A stretch of 53,039 nt of DNA from positions 21,584 through 74,622 of the forward strand of contig DCUS01000247.1 in assembly GCA_002327885.1 (NCBI GenBank), written 5' to 3'. The notes under the pieces were generated by a model that had not been told where the DNA came from, made no database searches, and saw nothing but the letters and a program-made list of their open reading frames with translations. A program made the position numbers and the translations under genes. Positions 46,511 to 53,039 of the stretch are shown here, one piece after another. This DNA is from Syntrophaceae bacterium UBA2208 (GTDB lineage Bacteria; Desulfobacterota; BSN033; UBA1163). Position 1 is the stretch's first letter. Every line of letters starts with the position of its first letter.

Positions 46511-47692
46511 ATGAATTTTGATCTGACAGAGGAACAGAGAGTCATGGTGCAGGCAGTCAAAGATTTTGCCACAAAAGAAATTGCTCCCAATTTGAAAAAA
46601 GAAGAGTTTGATCGAGAACTGGTAAGGAAAATGGGTTCACTGGGCCTTTTTGGCTGTGCATTCTCCGTTGGTATGGGAGGGTCAGATCTGGGTTTTTTAG
46701 CCCATTCTATTGTCTGTGAGCAAGTCTCTAGTTATGATTCAGGGTTACGAAGCCTTTTCAACCTTCAAGCTCTTACCGTACCTTACACAATAATGGAATG
46801 GGGCAACGATTTACTACGAAAGAGGTACGTCAAGGCCCTAGTCACCGGCGAAAAACTGGGTTGTACATGCTTCTCAGAACCAAATGCCGGATCAGACATA
46901 GCCGCTATCGAGACGGAAGTTATAGATAAGGGAGATCATTATCTGATCAACGGAATCAAAACATGGATCTCTAATGGGACAGTTGCCGATTACGCTATAG
47001 TCTATTGCACTTTCAACCGATCGCTGAAGCATAAGGGGCTCTGTGCCATCGTCGTTGAGACGGATCAGGGGGGCTGGCAACCTAAGGAGATTCCCAAGCT
47101 GGGAGATAAATCCTCGCCTATTGCAGAGGTTTTTATTGAGGACGTGGTGGTGCCGAAAGAGAACCTCTTGGGTGAGTGGGGGGGTGGTTTTAAGGTGGCA
47201 ATGACTGCTTTGGACAGAGGTCGAATCAGTGTAAGTAGTGGAGCTTTAGGCATTTGTCAGGCCTGCCTTAATGCGTCAGTGAAGTATGCGAAAGAACGTG
47301 TGCAGTTTGGACGCCTCATTCGGGATTATCAGATGGTCAAACATATCATTGCAGATATGGCTACATATACGGAGGCAGCTCGTTTATTGGTCCGGTGGGC
47401 GGCTTGGCTGAACGATCAGGGACGACCATTTACCAGAGAGATTGCTATTGCCAAGTATTTTGCTGGAGAGGCCGCCGTCCGTGCTGCTGGGTGGGCCATG
47501 GAGATCCATGGGGGTATGGGGTATTCTTTAGATCTCCCCGTGGAAAAATATTACCGCGACTCAAAGCTTTACCAAATTGGTGAGGGGACAGCTAATATGA
47601 TGCGTCTGATCATCGCTGATGACGCTTTGGGAATTAAAAAAGCCAATCGCGCTCGCTCGAAGATCCCTAGTGATTTCAGAGACTTGAACTGA
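46511..47692 (+). CDS. acyl-CoA dehydrogenase
   Basis: 393 aa. ...CFSEPNAGSD..., ...KTWISNG..., and the C-terminal catalytic-Glu region ...YQIGEGTANMMRLIIA. Confidence 0.9.
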   Translation: MNFDLTEEQRVMVQAVKDFATKEIAPNLKKEEFDRELVRKMGSLGLFGCAFSVGMGGSDLGFLAHSIVCEQVSSYDSGLRSLFNLQALTVPYTIMEWGNDLLRKRYVKALVTGEKLGCTCFSEPNAGSDIAAIETEVIDKGDHYLINGIKTWISNGTVADYAIVYCTFNRSLKHKGLCAIVVETDQGGWQPKEIPKLGDKSSPIAEVFIEDVVVPKENLLGEWGGGFKVAMTALDRGRISVSSGALGICQACLNASVKYAKERVQFGRLIRDYQMVKHIIADMATYTEAARLLVRWAAWLNDQGRPFTREIAIAKYFAGEAAVRAAGWAMEIHGGMGYSLDLPVEKYYRDSKLYQIGEGTANMMRLIIADDALGIKKANRARSKIPSDFRDLN

Positions 47693-47852
47693 TGCCTTGA
47701 ATCTAAAGAATTCGAGAGAGAAGGTTTTTATTATTGACTTATCGCTACAGTAATAGTGAAGGCTCGTAATTGATAGGGGTCTCATGGAACGTTTCATCAG
47801 GACAAGCCCGAAGACAGAATTTACCGGGCGCCTATTAATCTTGAAGTAGTCA

Positions 47853-47993
47853 GATGCCTCCGCCAGGGAAAGGAGGCATTTCCTCGGCTACAGCGGTGCA
47901 AAAACAGGCCAACTAGAGGGTGAACTGGTAAATGGCGAACCCCAGTCCGGAGCTTCGGCTGGTTCGACAAGTGAAATACTCCATGGAGGCATG
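47853..47993 (+). other. GC-rich structured leader, a candidate cis-regulatory RNA of unassigned class
   Basis: atgcctcc (47854-61) can pair with either ggaggcat at 47872-79 or ggaggcat at 47985-92. An internal hairpin ccagtc/ggctgg (47942-47/47957-62) extends through cgaa/ttcg. The element sits 110 nt upstream of the CoA-transferase pair. Confidence 0.25.
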
Positions 47994-48103
47994 TTAATCA
48001 GAGAATAATAGATGGATATAAAGAAGTTATAAAGAAAATTCCTTGATTAATTGCGATAATCAGTCTGGTTGAGCCATGCAATTTATAATGATGAGGTTGA
48101 AAA

Positions 48104-49321
48104 TTGAAAATTAATAGAGAAAAAGAAGGGCTTTTGTTAGGAATACGGATATTGGATTTTGCCGATGAGAAAGATAGCTTTTGCTCTAAGCTTCTCGCAG
48201 ATTTAGGGGCATACGTTATCAAAGTAGAAAGACCGGGGGGGGACCCTTCTCGAAAGATAGGGCCATTCTTAGGAAATTCTCCCCATCCGGAAAGGAGTCT
48301 ATTTTTTTTTCACAATAATACCAATAAACTGGGGATCACGCTTAACTTGGAGCATCGTGAAGGCAAAAAAATCTTTTACAGACTGTTAGAGAAGGCTGAT
48401 GTTTTGGTTGAGAGCTTCTCTCCAGGGCACCTTAAAGAACTCGGCTTAGGGTTTGAGGCATTGAGTGGAATAAACACAAAACTAATATTGGTTTCAGTGA
48501 CCGGTTTTGGGCAGAATGGCCCACGTAGCAAATACAAGTCTTGTGATATCGTGACTTCTGCATTTGGCGGACAGATGTATGTATCTGGTTCTCCTTTGAC
48601 CACGCCCCTTAAGCCATTTGGGGAACAATCCTATTACGTTGCCTCCCTCTTTGCGGCTTGTGGTATTCTCTTAGCCCTGAGGAAGCGAAATCAGAGTGGA
48701 AAGGGAGAGCATATTGATATCTCATTACAAGAGGCAGTAGCTTCAACCTTAGAACATGTAATGATTCAGTATTTTTATGAAAGAATTGTTCCAAAAAGGC
48801 AGGGGAACCTCCATTGGAATAACTCCTTTTCTATATTACCTTGTAAAGATGGTCATATTCTCATTAGCCTTTTCCAACAATGGGAGACGTTGGTTGAATG
48901 GATGGATACGGAAGGAATGTCTGGAGATCTAAAAGAAGAGAGATACAAAGAAGAGGAGTATCGATTCAGAAACCTTGATCATATTATGGAAATAATACAG
49001 CAATGGACTAAAACACACACCACAAATGAACTTTTCGAGTTAGGACAACTCATGCATTTTCCATGGGGTCCAGTTTATTCTCCTGAGGAAGTTTTAGACA
49101 GTCGACAGCTAATAGAACGTGGGTTTTTTATTGATGTGGATCATCCCGAAATTGGTGCTTCCATCAGATACCCTGGTGTCCCCTATAAATTTAATCTTTT
49201 TTCACTAAATCAATGGAAACGGGCACCCTTCATTGGCGAAGACAATATTAAGATTTACCAAGAGGAATTAGGGCTTTCTGAGGAGGAAATAAGAAGACTT
49301 TCAACAAATAATGTTATTTAA
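48104..49321 (+). CDS. family III CoA-transferase subunit with no canonical catalytic Asp evident
   Basis: TTG start. ...GIRILDFADEKDSFCSKLLADLGAYVIKVERP.... The segment aligned by eye to the IAD/YAD active-site motif of the three paralogues reads QSYYVAS. Confidence 0.85.
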   Translation: MKINREKEGLLLGIRILDFADEKDSFCSKLLADLGAYVIKVERPGGDPSRKIGPFLGNSPHPERSLFFFHNNTNKLGITLNLEHREGKKIFYRLLEKADVLVESFSPGHLKELGLGFEALSGINTKLILVSVTGFGQNGPRSKYKSCDIVTSAFGGQMYVSGSPLTTPLKPFGEQSYYVASLFAACGILLALRKRNQSGKGEHIDISLQEAVASTLEHVMIQYFYERIVPKRQGNLHWNNSFSILPCKDGHILISLFQQWETLVEWMDTEGMSGDLKEERYKEEEYRFRNLDHIMEIIQQWTKTHTTNELFELGQLMHFPWGPVYSPEEVLDSRQLIERGFFIDVDHPEIGASIRYPGVPYKFNLFSLNQWKRAPFIGEDNIKIYQEELGLSEEEIRRLSTNNVI

Positions 49322-49331
49322 ATAAAATCTA

Positions 49332-50519
49332 ATGAATTGGGGAATTCTTAAAAGATTAAGGATCTTAGATTTTACCTGGGTACTGGCAGGTCCCTATGCT
49401 ACTAGAATCCTTGGCGATTTCGGAGCCGAGGTGATTAAGATCCAATCTAAAAAAACAGCTAAGGGCGCTGAGTCCAATCATACAGGGTATTTTAATCATT
49501 GGAATCGAAACAAACGTAGCATTACCCTGGAAATGAGTCATCCTGAAGCTAAGGACATTGTTTTTAAACTTGTAAAAATTAGTGATGTGGTTATTGAGAA
49601 CTTCTCTCCACGAGTGATGCCAAACTGGGGATTGGATTATGAAAGACTAAAAGAAGTGAGACCCAATCTCATCATGGTGAGCATGTCAGGGATGGGACAA
49701 ACAGGCCCATGGAAGGATTTTGTGGCCTATGGACCCACCCTTCAAGCTCTTTCAGGGCTAACTTATCTTACTTCTTTTACTAAGGAATCTCCCATAGGGA
49801 TAGGCTATGCCTATGCAGACCCAATCGCTGGTCTTTATGCTGCATTTTCTGTGTTAGCCGCTTTGGAATACAGGGATAGAACAGGTAAAGGGCAATATAT
49901 TGACTTATCAGAATACGAGGCAATATGCTCCTTGATGGGTCCTACTCTATTAGACGTATCTATTAACCAAAAAAACATTTTTCCTCAAGGCAATCGACCA
50001 GTTGAAATCCCAGCTGCTCCTTATGGATGTTATCAATGCTCAAGTTTGGACCGGTGGTGTGTTATAGCAGTATTCAATGATGCAGAATGGGAGAACCTTT
50101 GTAGTGTACTTGGTCATCCAGAATGGGGCAAAGATGAAAGATTCTCTAACTTATCTAAACGAAAAGAGAATGAAGAAGAACTTAATAAGCTCATTGAACA
50201 ATGGACTCTTCAATTCTCCCCAGAAGAAGTAGTGAATCTTCTGCAACAGAGAGGCATTCCAGCAGGAGTAGTTCAGAACGCAGAGGACATCGCCAAGGAT
50301 CCCCATTTGGTTGCCAGAGATTTCTTTATTCAATTAGAGAATCCAATCCTTGAAAAGACCTTTTCAGATACTTCCCCAATTAAATTTAAAGAAAACCTCA
50401 GAAGTGAGTGGAAGGCTGCTCCTTTACTGGGGGAAGACAATCGATATGTTTATATGGAATTATTAGGTTTCACGGAAGAAGAGTTATCCTCTTATATTGA
50501 AAGGGGGATTATTGGTTAA
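49332..50519 (+). CDS. family III CoA-transferase subunit with catalytic Asp present
   Basis: Starts 10 nt after the previous gene. ...LRILDFTWVLAGPYATRILGDFGAEVIKIQ...; active-site segment GYAYADPIAG. Confidence 0.9.
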   Translation: MNWGILKRLRILDFTWVLAGPYATRILGDFGAEVIKIQSKKTAKGAESNHTGYFNHWNRNKRSITLEMSHPEAKDIVFKLVKISDVVIENFSPRVMPNWGLDYERLKEVRPNLIMVSMSGMGQTGPWKDFVAYGPTLQALSGLTYLTSFTKESPIGIGYAYADPIAGLYAAFSVLAALEYRDRTGKGQYIDLSEYEAICSLMGPTLLDVSINQKNIFPQGNRPVEIPAAPYGCYQCSSLDRWCVIAVFNDAEWENLCSVLGHPEWGKDERFSNLSKRKENEEELNKLIEQWTLQFSPEEVVNLLQQRGIPAGVVQNAEDIAKDPHLVARDFFIQLENPILEKTFSDTSPIKFKENLRSEWKAAPLLGEDNRYVYMELLGFTEEELSSYIERGIIG

Positions 50520-52062
50520 CCATTTTGTCCCATACTACCTCACCACCAAGGATAGTCATTTCCACCTCAATGTCTTTTATCTCATCGACTGGGATTTCAG
50601 TTGGATCGTGACTTAAAACCACTAGATCAGCCAGTTTACCAGGTGAGACTGAACCCTTGGCCTTCTCTTCAAATATGGCTTTGGCTGCATCCTCTGTGTA
50701 CATCTTCAATGCATCCATAGGAACGATTCTTTCTCCGGGCAGGACAACGTCTCCCGCTTCTGTTTTTCGAGAAACAGCAGAATAGATACCGATAATCGGA
50801 TTTGCTGGAACAACTGGACGATCTGAGCTGCCAGCAACCGTGACTCCATTTTTTATCAGAGTGGCTATAGGGTATAAATGCTCCAAATTTGGTTTTGGAA
50901 CAGTCATTAGATATCGGTCTCCATTGTAATAAATAAAATTGGGCTGGGTAACAACCATTATTCCAAGGGAGGCTATTCGTTTTGCTAATGATGGAGTGCA
51001 AACAGAGCAGTGTTCAATCCGATGCCTATGGTCTGATTTTGGAAACTTTCGTAAGGCAAACTTTATAACCTTGCAGGCAGCTTCAATGGTTTTTTCTTCA
51101 ATGGCATGGAGGATAACCTGTAATCCATCCCGGTGAATATTAAGCACTACCTCATTTAATTCCTCCTGATTTGGGGTAAGCCGCCCGGTGGTTTCATGCA
51201 AGATAATCTTTACTCCTCTAATTTTAAGCTCGGTTTCGTTTATTTGAGTTGAAAAAGGCTCCTTTTTATATTCCTCGTAACCCTCTATACCGAGAGCCAC
51301 CGACACCCTTGATTTTAGGAGTCCGCCACCTTTCCATCGCTGGAATTTTTCCCATCGATTAGAATTATTTCGAGGAGAGGCATCATGGATCGAGGTGATC
51401 CCTAAGGAACATAATTCATCACTTGCAAGGTTTATCCCACGCTCTATTTGATCATTTTCGATGGGAGGTATTGCCTTAGCAAGGTAATCACTCATCCCAA
51501 AAAGCAATCCTGTTGGTTCCCCTGTCTCTAGATCCCTATCGATAAGCCCCTCTTTGGGATCGGCCGTTTCTTTCTTAATATTAACAAGCTTTAAAGCTAG
51601 GCTGTTTAATACATGAGCCCGTCCTGAACGATGAGTTAATTTTATGGGGTGAACCGAAGCGGCCATGTCAAGATCCCATCTTGTAGGATGTCTTTTTTCA
51701 GTAAGGTAGAATTCATTGTATCCCCCTCCCCTTATCCAGGTTCCTGGGGGTAGGTCTTTGGATAACTGGCCAATCCTGTCTCGAATATCAGAAATAGATT
51801 GAATATGATTGCGAGGGCTCAGGTTAAGTGTCACCAATCTTTCTGCAAAACCATGAAAATGAATATGAGTATCTATGAAACCCGGCAAAACTGTTTTACC
51901 ACGACAATCGATCACTTTTGTGTTTGGATTTTTTAGTTTTTTGAAATTATCATTTCTCGCTACATTTTGAATTTTCCCATTTTTAACGGCTACAAGTTGA
52001 GCCTTTGGAAAGGCTGGATCCATGGTAATTACATTAGCATTAAATAGAATTAGGTCTGACAT
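50509..52062 (-). CDS. amidohydrolase-3 (YtcJ-like) metal-dependent hydrolase
   Basis: 517 aa. N-terminus ...ANVITMDP...GKTVLPGFIDTHIHF (HxH metal site), with later ...HAIE... and ...GSD... segments. It converges on the CoA-transferase gene with an 11-nt overlap. Confidence 0.85.
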   Translation of the reverse strand: MSDLILFNANVITMDPAFPKAQLVAVKNGKIQNVARNDNFKKLKNPNTKVIDCRGKTVLPGFIDTHIHFHGFAERLVTLNLSPRNHIQSISDIRDRIGQLSKDLPPGTWIRGGGYNEFYLTEKRHPTRWDLDMAASVHPIKLTHRSGRAHVLNSLALKLVNIKKETADPKEGLIDRDLETGEPTGLLFGMSDYLAKAIPPIENDQIERGINLASDELCSLGITSIHDASPRNNSNRWEKFQRWKGGGLLKSRVSVALGIEGYEEYKKEPFSTQINETELKIRGVKIILHETTGRLTPNQEELNEVVLNIHRDGLQVILHAIEEKTIEAACKVIKFALRKFPKSDHRHRIEHCSVCTPSLAKRIASLGIMVVTQPNFIYYNGDRYLMTVPKPNLEHLYPIATLIKNGVTVAGSSDRPVVPANPIIGIYSAVSRKTEAGDVVLPGERIVPMDALKMYTEDAAKAIFEEKAKGSVSPGKLADLVVLSHDPTEIPVDEIKDIEVEMTILGGEVVWDKMVNQ

Positions 52063-52202
52063 CGATTATGCTTTTCTTTCACTTTAAATTTAGAAATTTT
52101 GAGCGAAATCTTCTATAATTGACCAAACGGAGAAATATTTACCCTTCTGTACTAATTTTTTACGATTTCTTGCGAAGGAAGTCAAACAAATAGCGTTAAA
52201 CC

Positions 52203-53039
52203 ATGAGAACTGGAATATTCTTTTATTATCAGCAGGGTGAGAGGCTTAAAGATTTTCCACAAGCCCTTAAAGTAATCCTCGAAAAAGAAAATGTCTTTTT
52301 TCTATGATGCCTTCTATCCTTTAAAACCTACCTCTTTTTTAGATCTTGAACCTATTTTTTCTGAAATGCTTTATCAAGTTCATTCTCCTGATATGGTTGA
52401 GAAGGTGAGAAAAACAGGTGTTTTTGAAGGTGCCCTCTTATCAGCTTCCGGTACGATAAGAGCTGCTAAAAAGATACGGAAAAGGGAAATTGATAATGCC
52501 TTTGTATTTACAGGTTATGGAGATCATCATGCTGGAACCAATTTTTTTGGTGGGGGTTGTTATTTTAATGGTGCTGCTATTGCCATTCAAGAGCTTAGAA
52601 AGAGATTCTGGGCAAAAAGATTTGTTATTATTGACACCGATGCTCATCACGGCGAAGGGACCTGGGAGATCTTTGAAGCGGACCCAAATGTGCTTTATAG
52701 TTGTTTTTGTGAATATCCCTGTTGGGAGGAAAATAATAAAGTAAATATCCGGGTTCCAACCAAGGTGAAAGATGAAGAGTATTTAAGACTTGTTAAAGAA
52801 GGGCTTTCATCGCGAGTCAAAGCCTTTCAGCCAGAGATTCTTTTTTGGAATTGGGGATATGATGGAACTCAAGGGGAATATGGAGATATTGGACCTACGG
52901 CAGAGGTCAATATCTTATTGGCCAATGAGATAAAGATAACAGCGAATGAACTGTGTCGAGGAAGACTTATTGTTGTGTTATGTGGGGGAAGTCGAAGGGA
53001 TTTAGCTTCATACCTGATTCCTGGGGTAATTAGATATTA
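52203..53039 (+). CDS. histone-deacetylase/AcuC-family (arginase-deacetylase fold) protein, 3'-partial, with a frame break in a T6 run
   Basis: From 52303 the frame reads ...GYGDHHAGTNFFGGGCYFNGAAIA...IIDTDAHHGEGT...NWGYDG... to the window edge. The homologous N-terminus (MRTGIFFYYQQG...ENVFF) is in another frame from ATG 52203 and stops at 52305-07. Removing one T of 52296-52301 fuses them. An alternative in-frame ATG is at 52366. Confidence 0.75.

Noticed and set aside
47853-47993. Assigning the structured leader to the cobalamin, Moco, ZTP, FMN or glycine riboswitch classes, or to a tmRNA/tRNA-like element (GGTTCGAC)
   Set aside because: Only short fragments resemble those consensus sequences. 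The B12 box, the ZTP CCGCCTGGGC 3' element, FMN stems and a T-arm/acceptor partner are all missing. It is kept only as an unclassified candidate.
1-53039. Search for CRISPR arrays, tRNA/rRNA genes, transposases/integrases, prophage, toxin-antitoxin or known defence-system genes
   Set aside because: No spaced direct-repeat arrays, no tRNA-like cloverleaf signatures and no ORF with recombinase, nuclease or ATPase defence-type motifs were seen. The island looks metabolic rather than mobile or defensive.

Overview
This is a 53-kb bacterial window, AT-leaning (about 40% GC by eye), with no rRNA, tRNA, CRISPR, transposase, integrase or recognisable defence genes. All calls come from reading the ORF translations and the DNA by eye; no database search was possible. 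Left ~10 kb: stress genes (OsmC-like, UspA-like) flank a two-gene porin-cytochrome module, a decahaem MtrA/MtoA/DmsE-like cytochrome followed by a cysteine-free MtrB/PioB-like outer-membrane barrel. GC-rich palindromic repeat elements lie on either side. The same region also holds an unknown Cys-motif protein, a tiny Lys-rich ORF, a decayed aldehyde:ferredoxin oxidoreductase (AOR) remnant, an FAD oxidoreductase and an N-terminally short MFS transporter. From ~10.1 to 50.5 kb every credible gene is on the + strand, forming a ~40-kb CoA-thioester catabolic island. It begins with a sigma70-like promoter and repeated palindromic operator, then crotonase-hbd-thiolase-TetR. It contains 4 crotonase-fold proteins, 3 3-hydroxyacyl-CoA dehydrogenases, 1 thiolase, 1 acyl-CoA dehydrogenase, 1 SDR, 2 AMP-forming ligases, 4 family III CoA-transferases and a MaoC/hotdog pair. 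It also has 2 FabK/nitronate-monooxygenase-like flavoenzymes (one frameshifted), 2 TRAP uptake systems, a tungsten-type AOR with a fused GltD-like/ferredoxin partner, a Tat-less cytoplasmic DmsAB-like molybdoenzyme and 2 DUF169 proteins. Two tandem desulforedoxin-like mini-genes are absent from the ORF track. There are no oxygenases, so this looks like an anaerobe's pathway for imported carboxylic acids that matches no textbook pathway gene-for-gene. Right end: a convergent amidohydrolase and a 3'-partial HDAC/AcuC-family deacetylase broken in a T6 run. The most notable items are the orphan porin-cytochrome conduit, the DUF169/W-AOR/Mo-enzyme redox modules, an asymmetric BbsEFG-like CoA-transferase pair preceded by a GC-rich structured leader, and several signs of gene decay or duplication.
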